Part shown: one piece after another, positions 33,546 to 46,095 of the stretch
How positions within the stretch are numbered: the first letter of the stretch is position 1
Layout of the letters: the number at the start of each line of letters is the position of its first letter
DNA from: Camelus ferus
Lineage: Eukaryota
DNA: 64,000 nt
Assembly: GCF_009834535.1 (NCBI RefSeq)
Contig: NC_045697.1
Span: 15,378,001 to 15,442,000, forward strand
Direction: 5' to 3'
Notes under the pieces: model-generated
Databases searched by the model: none
Told to the model about the DNA's origin: nothing
What the model saw: the letters and a program-made list of their open reading frames with translations, nothing else
Program-made: the position numbers and the translations under genes

Positions 33546-36500
33546 GAAGAGTTTATATTACCATTGGGCAGCTGAGATTTCTTTCTTTATTGTAATTCTA
33601 CACATTGAGTCATGTAGGGGCCCAAGATTGATTTGGGCTATATTCTTTCTAGTACCTTATCTGTAAAGGAACTCTACTATATAATGTTTTTCTTTTTCAA
33701 AAAGGGACAATTTAAGGAATAATGTTAGAACAAAGCATTGTTTTAAAGTATCTTCCTTAACAGCACCAATAAAATTTTCTCTGGGATTAATATTACCCTG
33801 AGAGCTTTCCTATAAGCGATTATTCTTGATTATATATTTTATTTGCATAAAGAGTATTCTTGGCACTGAGTTTCACATAATGCTTCCTTCCCTTCGGTGA
33901 CATGGTCATTAGGAAATCTGATGGATGGTTCAAAGCCTTGGGTCACCATCTACTTTTTGGAGTGATCAGTGAAGCGAGCAGTTTCCAAGAGTCAACTGTA
34001 GGAAAAATTCAACCCTTGGAGTCATTCAGGTTTGTCTCCTGCAGTTTAGCTGACTGATTTTTCCATCTTTCAATTAGGGCAAGAAGCTTTCAAAAGAGGA
34101 AAATGTTAGCAGTTATAACAAGACTTTTAAAAAGAAGTTCCTCTTGGAGTTCCTGCCTTCAGTTCTCGTCAGCTCGTGGGTGATCATCTTTCTTATTAAC
34201 TGTTCACAGCTATTAAGACATTTTTTTCTCCCCAATGAGTCACTCTTCAAAAATGGCATTTCTCCATGATTGACAGGGACTGTTGGCAAGTAAGTCATCT
34301 TGCTTTCAAGTACTGGTGTTTTTTGTTTGTTTTTTTTTTTTTAACAAAATTATTTCACTAATTTGGGCTTTGTTTGCAAAATATTATAATTCATTCCATT
34401 AGGTGTATCTTCTTCCTCAGACAGCTCATCCAACTATGTAAGATCTTGGACAGATTTAATCAATCATTCTATGCAGAAACTGACTTTACCTTGGAGTTGA
34501 CCTCCGAGGTCCACCTCTTTCAGTTTTGATTTTTTGTTTGTGTTTCCCTCCCCCCGCCACATACCACTCCTTCACTATCTCTTGGGTTCCTGAGACCACC
34601 TCTACTTTCCCATATTGGTTGGGAATTTTCAGGACATCATTACTGCTGGGGAATTTTCAGATTGTTATTGCTAAACAGAAAATCAAATAGTATCTTTCTT
34701 ATCTCCCTGTACACTTCTTTCTTCTTGTTTTCTTTGCCCAGAATAAGGTCCTTACACTTAGCTTCATTCTTTCCTACTCTCTGCCTCTTCCTAATGTGTT
34801 CACAAATCCTCAAATTGCATAATGTATGTCCTTCCCTAATTAAGCAAAACATAGGGAGGACGTTTTCTGAGTGCTAAGGTCTTAGTAAGAAAGACAGGAA
34901 CACATATAATGCTTCAGAACTTAGCATGTATCCAAGTTAGATCTCAAGTAGGATGAACATGTATCTGAGAATCTTCAAGTGAATAGAACTATAAGCTCCA
35001 TGGGAACATAAATTTCATCTATTTTGTTCTTCAGTTTATCCCCAAAATTTATTATAGTACTTGGTACATAACATTCATCCAATAGCTATGTGTTGAGTAG
35101 AATGTATGAATAAAAGAAGGAAAGATGGAAAGAATTAAGTAGCAAAGAAGGAAATGAAAACTCCATTTTTGGCCGAATAAAAATGAACTATTTAAGCTGA
35201 TGCATGGGATGAGGTCAGAGGAGGAGTAGAGAATGGAGCATGGAACTGGAACCTGATGTTAGCACCCAGCTCAGCACCATCAACACATATCCAAGATGGT
35301 TGGAGAGAAGAACTTCAGGTAAGGATGAAGAGCTGTTCTTCTGGGGAACTTTGTGAGATGGGAGGATACTTTGCCAAAGATGTGAGATGTTCTGGTTTAT
35401 CTTTAATTCCAGGATGGCAAAGTGAGCAAAGAGATACTCTTTCCACTTCCAAAGAGACGAGGCATGGCTTCAGTACTGTAACTTTCCACAGAAATACAGC
35501 CTTGCATCACTACTTGGATGGTTTGTGACTTGGGGAGAATCGAAAACATGCCCTTGACTTGGGCATCAGTTGAGTCATGGAGAGGCCAGTGAAGAAGAAA
35601 AATAGATGATTGGAGCTTAAATGCAATACGTTGAGGTCCTCCCAGGAAAAACTGGGTTTGAATTTGAAAGGAGCTAGAATTCTTGGATTTTCTGAGTCAG
35701 TAAGAATGAGTCAATAAAATGTGCTTTTTACCATTCATGTGGCATTATTACTATCATTAATAAAGTAATTAATTCTGAAGTTATTTCCTAATGGCTACCA
35801 TGGCCCAGGCACTGTGCGAGGTGCTACAAATACAAGTTAGTAGGACACAACCTCTGTCCTTAAGGTTCTTCCAGCAGGGTCTGTGTATAAGAAAAAGACC
35901 ATTCAAGCAAGGTACAATGAGCACACGCTGGCCACAGAGTATTGTGGGAACTCTTAGAGATGCACATGCTTGAGAGGCTCTTGGAAATGCAGGTGATAAA
36001 AGCGAGATTCAGAAGTCAAGCATACAGATGAAGACCAAGCCTCTGGTCATTGAGTCTATGTCTCAAGTATTCTTTTTGGAATCTAAAAGAACCCCACAGG
36101 CTAGAGTAATTCTGTAATTCCTTCAACGTGCTATGATGGCAAAGATGTTTATAAAGTACCTCTCTTTATTAAAATCCTTTTTAAACTAAGTCCCCAACTG
36201 GAAGTTCACCTACTACAGTAAATTGAATATAGGATTGACCTTTTCTCCCCCAAGCAGTTCATTTATTATATCGTAACTTAGAACAGTAGAGAATGAATTA
36301 TTGAGCAAATACCAACTACAGTTAACCTTGACCTGATGCAAATCTATCTTTTTTTTTCTTAACCTTGTAAATGCATTCTGTAGAGCTGGTTATCCAGGTC
36401 AAACAATTCAAAATTTTTGAGCCAAAACACCTTTCACCCCTGGCAGTGCTGGAATCAGAGTAAAACCACTGCACACACAGTCCTCTCAGTACCAGAGAGC

Positions 36501-37194
36501 ACACTCATTATTCTTGTTGAGCACATGACATCTGTCAAACAGAGTGAGTTAAATATTTCTACAAGTCACTCATCAAATAATGAGATTGTTAAGACATCCA
36601 GGCAATGCACAAAAGAAGCATGCTTCCATTTTCATAATTGATTTGTTCAGTCATGAATACCCAGAGCAGCAGCAGAGAAAACAGTGAGCAATCTGGTGCA
36701 GAGAAAATAATTAAAAGAAGTCGAATATCATAAGTGTTCAGAGAAACATCAGTGGCTGGGGTCTCATGTAATTTGCACATAATGTCATCATTCCAGATTA
36801 AGCAATTATTGTAAGATAATGTCATCTAATGAAATATGAGAAATGTAGGCACTCTGTGAGTTTCATAAAGGAACTACACCAAATCATTTATTTTACCATT
36901 TAATAACCCACGGGCCACTACTGATTTACTGAGCGATGTAGCTAATTAAGATTCAGAAACAACAGACTCGCGATCAAAGAAGCTACCTAAATTCATCTAA
37001 GTCAAGCTTACCTCTTCTCTCATTTCAGTAATGCTTTAAAATAAACAGGGACCCATATGCCTAGAGTCATCAAAGAGTCTAATGAATATCTAATAAAAAT
37101 ACTTCCGATTAGGCCAGAGATTGACACTAAACAATATAGAGTTAAAAGAAACTTAAAACCTACTCTTATTTATCTACAAGAATCTCCAAACATC

Positions 37195-37830
37195 TTCATT
37201 CATTCATGTCCAATACGATACGAGTCCTTACTGGGTACCATTCATTCTCCCAGTCACCACGGATATGCAAATATAAAAAAGGACACTATGTCCCTCTTCC
37301 TCAAAGATCTGGCTATATTTCAGATGAGAGAGAAAAGTATATAGTGACAAAAATACCAAGTAGTTAAGTGTTATCACAAAGGGGAGGCAAAAAGAACAGA
37401 GAAGCTATGAGGAAGGCTTCACAGAGGAGGTGATAATTGAACTTGACCTTGGCAGACAGAGAACCTGAGGAAGAACATTCCAGGAAGAGAGAAGCCCGAG
37501 CAAGGACACAGAGCAGAACTTCGTGGAGACGTGTCCAGTTCCCCTTGGGAAAAAGAACGGCTCAACAGTCAAGGCCAGAAGCTCAGGAGACAGACAGTCC
37601 AGGCTTAAACCCCAGGCTTGTCATTTGCTAACTGGACAATCTTGTCAGTTATTACTTGGATACCTCACTTCATCTCTCTGTGCCTTGGTTTCCTGTAAAA
37701 TGGGGACAATGGTAGTAAGTTGGGAATAGCATTGTTCTGAGGATTGAGGGTTTCGCTATCCGTAACCCACTTCTAATAGTGCTGAGCACATGGTAAGTTC
37801 TGCACAGGGGCTGGCTCTTAGCATCCGTCA
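37195..37830. mobile_element. L2 (minus, ~37195-37540) followed by MIR (plus, ~37555-37830)
   Basis: TTCATTCATTCA..GGAAGGCTTCACAGAGGAGGTGA (L2) and CTCTCTGTGCCTTGGTTTCCTGTAAAATGGGGACAATG (MIR core). Confidence 0.85.
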
Positions 37831-40244
37831 TTAGCAACAGAGTCACTTTCTCGCAGGCTCTCCTGCCAGGTTTCTGATTTCTCAGATCACTATGGGGATC
37901 TACGTTCAGGGAAAGTGAGAGCATAGTTACTACAAGCTGAGTGGTCTTAGCCAATGATTGGAAGAAAGGGAATAAAGTGATGAAGTGGGGTGGAAGACAC
38001 CCATGACTTGGAAGAGGGTGGTATCCAATGTGAAGTCTACAGATGAAGAAAAATGTGGTTGCTCCTAGTGAATCCAGTAGTTATTTTTCAGTAAAATAAT
38101 CTACAAAAATTGTCCTACGGGATGTTGAAACAGAGTCTAAATTTCAGGTGGTTAAGATTAGGAAGGTTTTCTTTTTCCCTCAGCCAAGTAGAATACATTT
38201 TTCCCCAGTATCTTCTAGGATTGGGAGAAGGGGCATCTCAAATGCCCAAAACGCCCAAAACTAAGATGAAAACATGATCAAATGTGACACACTGCTCCAT
38301 GTGATGGAGTCTGTTACTGGCCTTGGTCATCAGCACAGTTCTCAATTGCTGTGACATAATTAGGATGACAGTTTCTCCTCCCAGAGCCAGTTTTCAGGGA
38401 ACACAGTGTGTTGCAACAGCTCTGATCTCTAGGGAGATGGGAGCACGCACCGAATACCACGCCGTCCTCACTCCAGCATCGCGGCGGCTCTGCGCAGGCC
38501 CAGAGTGGACGCTTCCGCCGCGCCGTGCGCATCCCCAGTTTCCTCACTCAGAAGTTGCTTTCAGTTCTGTTCAGCTACTCACCAGCCAACTGACCAACCA
38601 GTCACAAGAACCAGCGACCTCTTGTGTCCTGAAGGGATACGTTATTCTTGATCCACTTTCTAAAACGCACTACTGAATTCCTTAATTTAAATTCAGATTC
38701 TGAGTTGCAATATCAAATATCTGCAGAAGCCAAACAAGCAACATAAACATATAAAAGGGTAAGTACTGCGCCATAGGTGCTAATCTGCTGTGTTGCAACC
38801 AAATAGCCACCAAACTGTGCTTCAAAACACTGTACACATCAAATGAAGCTGTCAAACAAGGAACTACAGCTGGCTCTCAGGCCACCTACTTTCAATTCCT
38901 ATAAAATTTCCTGCCTTGATTTTGTCACCTCTTGATTCTCCTCCTGAACCTCCACTTTCCTCCCCTAGAATGGCCAGGGAAGACAATCATGTGCCTTTGG
39001 AAAGAGTGGGATGATGGTGACCCTGAACCCCTAGAGAGAGTGTGCTGCAGGACGGAAAGCCATGAGGAAGAATCTGGAAGAGTCACAACTAGCCATGTCC
39101 CTTGATCAAGGCCCTCAAGCTCATCGAATCTTCCATTTCCTCACCTGTAAAATCAAAATAACAAACATTATAGGACTTGACTGCCACAAAGGATTTTTTC
39201 AGGGGCAAAAGCAAGCAATGAGCATGTTTTAATTATCATCATGATGCCCAGGAGAGAGGAGAGGAGGCAGCCATGACGGCAACTCTAAGACTAAGGCAAC
39301 TTTAAAGAAGGCCTTTTGTATTCCAGAGCTCCTGACAAATTACCCTTTTATCACCTCTCATGGGACCAACAATGCTCCAGTTTCACAAACTCCAAATTAA
39401 TAATAATGACTGTGTGATCTAGTCAAATTCTCCCATTCTTTAACTAAATCCCAGCAGGGAGGAAGGGACTAATCTCTTTATCCCACACACATACACATAC
39501 CTCTCCAGGAATATTACTAGCTTGTTTTTGCATCAGTGTTGGAAAAATTAAAAAGTGTGTTTAGGTAACAACTATCTCCTTACCTTTTCCAAACACACTG
39601 CTTTTCAGACACTTGATTTATAGATCTCCTTTTGGTTTTCTTTCACCCAATGTAGAATTGTGCGTTTATTTTTAGACTGGATGTATTCTTAGCAGATGTT
39701 GCCCTCTGTCGAGATCCACATATAACAATTAAGGGAAAGTTGAAGAAGTACATTTAATGGTATTTGAAAGCAACTATAGCTTTCTTTTTTACCTTCTAAT
39801 GTAGTAAAATAAACACAGAAATGATATATATATATCATATAAGAGGCTAATATTTAAGATCAAATGAGAGCATTAAAAATTCCTACTGTCAACATGGACC
39901 TATACATAAGAGGCTGAAATTGAACCCAAATATATCTGTAATACAAAGATGTATATTAATCTCATCAATCTCCTACAGTAAGAAAAAAGTAATGTCCAGG
40001 TGTCTTGTCATAGAGTCATAAACTTGAATGACACCTCAAACAATCATACTGCCTTCAGATGTGACTATATCTGAGCCATCAAGGTACCTTGTTCTATACA
40101 AATTAGAGATAGTTAATAATCACTGGGGTCTGCCTATGGGAGACACTCTTTTATTAAAACAGTCTCATGTAAAGGACTCTGAAACATTAGTGCTCCAAGG
40201 TTTTACATCTTCCCGTATCCGTGCCTTTTTGTAATTGACTTGCA

Positions 40245-40635
40245 TACTGACTGGCTTGGCATGTGACTTGCAGTTGAAAATGGGACTTTAAGAAATGATG
40301 CAGGCAGCAACTTGGAAAAGTGCTTGAGTATTTCTGCTCCTCTCTTGCACCCCTGTCTCTTCCTTGAGAAGGGACCTAAGCTAGCCTGCTGGAGATGACA
40401 TGGAGTAGAAAGGAATCACCCCAACATAGAATCTCCCTAGACTAGTCAGCCCCCAATAAACCCATGGGCTACCTGTAGGCACATAAGCAAATCAACTGAT
40501 ATAAGTCAGCTTGATCCAGACCTACAGACCGAGAAATAACAAATTACTGTTTTAAGCCACGATGGGTTTTTGTTTTTTGTTTTTCGGGGAGAGGGGAGTG
40601 CGGGGGTGGTTATCTAGTCACAAGTTCTGTTACAG
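40245..40635 (+). mobile_element. MLT1F/G/H-like LTR
   Basis: GGCTTGGCATGTGACTTG, GCTAGCCTGCTGGAGATGA and AATAACAAATTACTGTTTTAAGCCAC. Confidence 0.65.
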
Positions 40636-41619
40636 TGAACTTATTTAATTTCTTAAGGACAAAATAAGAATTATATAATCTTCATTATTAGACTATTCTG
40701 ATACTTGGACATCTGGCTCCTAAGGAGTCCTTCCTTACCATAACCTTAATCTTTGAGTGTCTTCTGCCCTCGGTGGAGACACGAGTCAGTATCTGCCTTA
40801 GGAAGTCCTTCAGCAGCTGAAGGCACGATCTAGAAATGTCAGGAAGGGTGCCTGAATACTGACTCACACTTGGGACTTCTCTTCATTGGAACAGATCATT
40901 GTTAGCTATTGAGACTTCCTTTATATTTTACTTTGTTTTACATTTCTTTACAAACTCTTCATTTTAATTTTTGCAGCTCTCTACTAAGAGTCACTTCATT
41001 TCTCGCCTACAATCTCCATTAAGATAAAATAAAAAACAAAGAAACTTTTAACCAGACACCTGATAGTTCACAACAGTACTCTGTGTTTGGTCTATCCTGT
41101 CCAAAACTTTATAATCTATTTATTGTAAATAAAGACTCAGATTTATTTACCAAATGTGCAAAATTAAGAGTAGTGGCTCTTATGTTGGGCACAGACTCAG
41201 AATTCAAATAACTAAATAACTAACTAACTAATTTCAACAGGACATAAGCAGCAAAACTTTTTAAAAATGTATTTGATTTTTCCTTCATGGCCAAGGGGAA
41301 AAAACTGTAAACTTGACAGACAAGAGAGGGGACTTGTTGTTTGCTTGGTAGGTATAATTAAATCATCATTCAGAACTACTATGTCAGTTTATACTTTTCC
41401 TATATAAATGGTGTGTGATTCATGTAGTGTATGACTTCTCCCCACCTCCAAAAAAAATTCTCAAATATTTAAAATTTAAATGTTTCTGTTTATAATAGCT
41501 ATTAGCAGTGTTACATAATTTTATAGTGCTTGATGTAAGTTCTTCTTGTTTCAAGGAAATAATTCAGCTATAACACTGATGTAGTTCTGTTATGTTTACA
41601 ATAAATTGGAAATAATTTA

Positions 41620-41938
41620 CATCTCTAATAACTGATGAGTGGCTAATAAATTATGTTAAATTATGATATGCCTGCACAGCCAAATATTATATGGTCTTAT
41701 TTAGTAAGAATATTTTCTGATAAGGGAAAGTATACTGTAAAAATAATTCAGGTTAAAGTATCTGAGTGATTATCCCCTTTTAGTTTTATATATATATATA
41801 TTCACACATACGAATGAAAAGTCTAGAAGATTATGTATTAAAATGCTGTGTAGATAAGAGAATTTGAATAGGTTTTTTGGCTTATCTATATTATTTAAAT
41901 ATGTGCAATAAATATGAGCTGCTTTTTAATTAGAAAGT
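41620..41938 (+). mobile_element. L1ME-like 3' end
   Basis: AATAACTGATGAGTGGCTAATAAATTATG..AAGTCTAGAAGATTATGTATTAAAATG..CAATAAATATGAGCTGCTTTTTAATTAGAAA. Confidence 0.6.
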
Positions 41939-42029
41939 TACTTGCCGAGTGAAGAATGGGTAGAGACTAAATCTAACAGCATTTCCTGAGAAAAGGTCCT
42001 AGAAACTGTAGCTGATCACACATCCAATT

Positions 42030-42365
42030 TTCATTTAGTCAACAGGTACTTATCGTTTTCTATATTTTATGCACCCAAGATATGCAGCAGAGAACAAAAC
42101 AGTCTCATGCCTCATAAAGCAGACATTTTGTGAAGGAGACAGACAATTCATACATAAAATAATTATGTATCAGGTGATAATAGTTGTATGAAAAAAAAAA
42201 ATAAAGCCATGTAAGGAGTGAGAGAATCAAAGGGGAAACATGGCTTCAGTCGGGGTGACTGAGGAGGTGACATCTGAAGAGGATGAAGCGAGGAAGGGGC
42301 CACATGAACACCTGAGGAAAGAGCTTTCCGGGCAGTGAGGATGGCAAGTTCAAAGGCCCTAAAGG
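42030..42365 (-). mobile_element. L2 3' end
   Basis: TTCATTTAGTCAACAG..GCAGCAGAGAACAAAACAG..GAGGAGGTGACATCTGA..TTCAAAGGCCCT. Confidence 0.85.
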
Positions 42366-42449
42366 AAGAGGGTTCTTTATTAGAAGTTGTCAGTGAGGCT
42401 GTCAGATAAAAACAAAGGGTATTTCAGATTTCAGGAACAGAACAGTAAG

Positions 42450-42910
42450 GAATCAATGTGGCCCTGTAATTTTTACAGGTCACACTTCCTTCAGGAGCCT
42501 GTGCTGAATTCAGTTCCTGGTAGCACATTTTAATGAGGAACCTTGAAGAATTAGAGCAAGTAAAGAGAAAAGTGGTCAGGATAATGAGGGGCTCCGGAAA
42601 TGGTGTCACTTGAGAACAGCAGGAAATGTGGCTGCTTAATTGAGGAAAAAGAAGACCTGATATGGAAAGGAGAGGGCAGTCATCTAGTCATGACGAACTT
42701 ACTCTGTTTGGCTTCAAAGAGCAAAAGCAGAATGAAAATTACAAGCAGACTTTAGCCAAGTATAATCAAGCACCTAATAACTAAGGTTCTTCTAAAAAGG
42801 AATATTAGCGTTGAGTCCGAGTCCTGCCACTATTGAGCACCACTTGTAATGAGATCCCGTGGGGCTAGTCTTTTCCATCAATATGACCTCTTGATCCAGA
42901 TTCTCACTCT
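42450..42910 (+). mobile_element. L3/CR1 LINE 3' fragment
   Basis: Translation IQFLVAHF..RNLEELEQVKRKVVRIMRG resembles CR1 ORF2 [40 protein letters not shown] corresponds to the EKRRL region. Confidence 0.8.
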
Positions 42911-43899
42911 GCTTTGCAAATGACACAGGAGTTAGCCTGGGCGATGAAGGCTTCCTAGAGAATGGCATCACTCCTAATGGGTACCATTCTGGTGGACACC
43001 ATTACACCATCTTGTACTTGATTCACGGAATGATATAGCTGAAATTCCACAGGCCACTCCGCAGAAAACATCTGAATCTATAGAATCTCAGAATCTTGAG
43101 CTGGAACAGGACCAAGACATCCTGTAGGCAAAGGCCATTCCTGACTAGGGGCGAAAGAGGGAGGTGTCAACTGCCCTCTCAGCACGTGTAGGGATGGAGG
43201 CATCTGGCTTCTAATTCAGTAGCAGATTGCGTTATTTAACAAATGCTTAAGTGAGCAAATGATGGTTCTATTTTGATAGGTGTTAATCAAAGCTATTGTC
43301 ACAGAAGCAGAGTCTTTTGCTACAATCTGTTCTTTGATAAATGTGCAAAAAACATCCTGGGGACCTTTCTTCTAGTAATAACACTGCCTGAAATCTGAGG
43401 TGTGAATGGAAGGTATTCAGAGAACAATTTTTAAAAATATTTTAACAAAAACATCACACCTCCACACTTCAATAAGAACTGTTACTTTACTATTATTTTC
43501 CAAGAAACATGGACAGCTTACATTCTGAGGCACAAGATTCTCCACTGGGCTCTTGTAAATTATATCCCATAACCATATCCCCATCACCTTGCACAGGGCC
43601 TGAAATAAAGTAGGTTCTCGGTAAGTGACTGCTGAATGAAAAAATGGAGAAAATTACCATACTTAACAGACCACACATCATTCCAGCAGCACTGAGGATT
43701 CTCGGAACATTTTGGAACTCTGCATTAGAATTTAACTCCAATATTTTTGTTTTAACTTTCGTTAATGGTTCTGAAGTTTTATCCTTGGATGTTCTATTTT
43801 CAAATCTCCAAATAGATGGTCAAGTTGGTAACAGGGCTTTAAAGTTTAAACAGGACTGAATTTAAAATAAGGGAATGTGATTCCTTAGTGCCTTCCAGA

Positions 43900-44755
43900 A
43901 TGGGAGGTGCGTACCTATCCTCAAAACATACCACACCCGAGCCTTTATCTCATCCACGCTACCACAGCTCCAGCACCAGCCGTCATCATCTTCTGCCTGA
44001 AATACTGCAATGTCCCCTTAAAATGTCTTGTTTCTAGTATTTTCTTCTTCCGTTTCATAGGTTGAGAGCCCACAAGCAAAACTGTTCATGTCCAGGCTCT
44101 GACATTCACTAGTTTTATAATCTAAAACAATTACTTAATCTTTCTAAGGCTCAGGTCAGTTTTATAACCTGTAAAATGGAGATAATAGAAGGACCAGCTT
44201 AACGTCATTTCCCGATGATTAGCTGACATGATACAGATATGCTCAAATGCTGACCATTAGTATTATGTCATTCCCATAACAATTTTTGAGCAGCTTCCTT
44301 ACCTATGGTTAAAAATTAAACACCTTGACATGGGTTCAATGCTTCTCATGACCTGAACTTCAGGTCCAATCCCATGTTGACTCATTCCTCCATCTTCCTA
44401 CCATCTCCCTCCTTCCCACCCCACAAGCTCTAACCCAGCAGATAGCTCACATCCCTGTTACTTCATGAATCACTCTGATGCTCACTGACTTGCTGTTCCT
44501 TTCTTCTGAAATTCCTTCTCCTGGAATGCCCTCATCCCATTTCTCTACCTGATGAGGAGTGTCTGCTCATCCATCCAATATCAACTCAAAAGCCATGGCC
44601 TCCTGGAGCCTCCACTTTATGCTAATTACTTATTTACATGTTGGTCATCTCCCTGGACTGTGAGCAGTGCAGGCAGTCATAGATCTTGTTTCCCTCTGTA
44701 CCCCCAGTGCTCAGCTCGCAGCCTGGAAATAACAGGCTTGCCAAATAAATTTAAA
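43900..44755 (+). mobile_element. L2 3' region with nested MIR (~44055-44265)
   Basis: CATCATCTTCTGCCTGAAATACTGCAA, CCTGGAATGCCCTC and CTGGACTGTGAGCA..TGTACCCCCAGTGCT. MIR core CTGTAAAATGGAGATAATAG inside. Confidence 0.8.
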
Positions 44756-44990
44756 GATTATTCCAAAAGAATGAGTTACAGAACTCATTTCGCAAGGGCA
44801 CATTGCAGATTCAAGAGAGTCTGTTTAGCCTCCAGGGCTGACTGACATTCTAAAGCGGGAGATGCTGATGAAGATGATTTGTTTTAAGCTAGCGCAAATC
44901 ACAAGTTGGTAGCAGCTAAGATTTAGACATTTCAGTTCATTCTCTTTAGGAAGTCAGACCACCTAGATGCCTATTAACCCCCCTAAAAAG

Positions 44991-46095
44991 AGAAAAAGAG
45001 ATAGCATATACATCATGTATTCACAATTCTTAGACTAAGTAGTCTAAACAAACCAGCAGAAAATAACTAAAGAAATCACTTTACCATTTTTAAGTATAAG
45101 AGCAAGCAAGTTCAGTATTTCAAGTAGCAATGAGCTTGACAATAGATGCAGGGTGGCATGACTAGACAACAGGGGCCAGGGAGAATGAGCACGTACAGGA
45201 ATTAATGCACGTGAGACTGCATTCCTCCTCTCCCACAGAACCCACCAGGGTGGGCAGTGCCAACGTGTCAGCAGGTGCATGTCCCCCCACCCCCACCACA
45301 TAGCAGCACCTCGACTGCTGAGACAGCCTCACAAATAGACAAGGAACTGCGTGCTTGATACATAGTAAGTGCTTAATACATGTTTGCTAGATTGGACAGA
45401 AAGATGAACAGTATTATATCTGAAATGATGGAATCAAAAAAAAAAAAACCCAAACATCTAAATTGTGAGATGAACATGACAACGGACTGCCTTTCACAAT
45501 GAGGGCTGATAAGAAGAACTGATAGACTTGGAACCAGCTCCAGGGTTGAGCAACCTTATTTTCTTGGCATCCTGACTGAGGCTGCTGACTGGAGTCACGG
45601 GAAATGTTCATCAGACCTTCACGGTGCTCCTTCTGCTATGGAATGTTTCTGTTCCAAAACAGATCCCGAGTTTCCTCTCGCCACCACCCACTGATGCATT
45701 AGGGGAAGCTCTACTGTCTACTTCTCAATTCACCTGCTTCTATGCCAGTAAAAATGATGATGATTTTGGAAATCATCATTCTAGTGAGTAGCTCAAGGAT
45801 TCAGGTGTCATCCCATGTGCCAGTTCCGGTGGACTGGCTGTGGAAACTGGTCCTGCGCTGAGAAGGATCCTAAGGCTTCCTCTTGGCTCAGTGGAAAAGA
45901 GAATCGTTACCAGTTATGGAAGAAAAGGAAGTGGCATATACACCATCTATTTGTAATTCTTGAACTAAGTAGTCCAAACAAAGAAGCTGGCAGAAAATAA
46001 CAACTAAAGAAATCACTTGGCCACTTTTACTGATAACAGCAAGCAAGTTCAATATTTTTAGCCGTGGTAATAGATACAGGATGAAAGGACTAGAC
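44991..46095 (+). repeat. Diverged dispersed direct repeat, two ~165-175 bp copies (44991-45167 and 45921-46095)
   Basis: Colinear shared blocks GCATATACA, ACTAAGTAGTC, GCAGAAAATAAC, AACTAAAGAAATCACTT, AGCAAGCAAGTTCA, AATAGAT and GACTAGAC. Confidence 0.93.

Noticed and set aside
45757..45779. Hairpin ATGATGATTT-TGG-AAATCATCAT
   Set aside because: A 10-bp low-complexity stem, too short for a miRNA or structured RNA and expected by chance.
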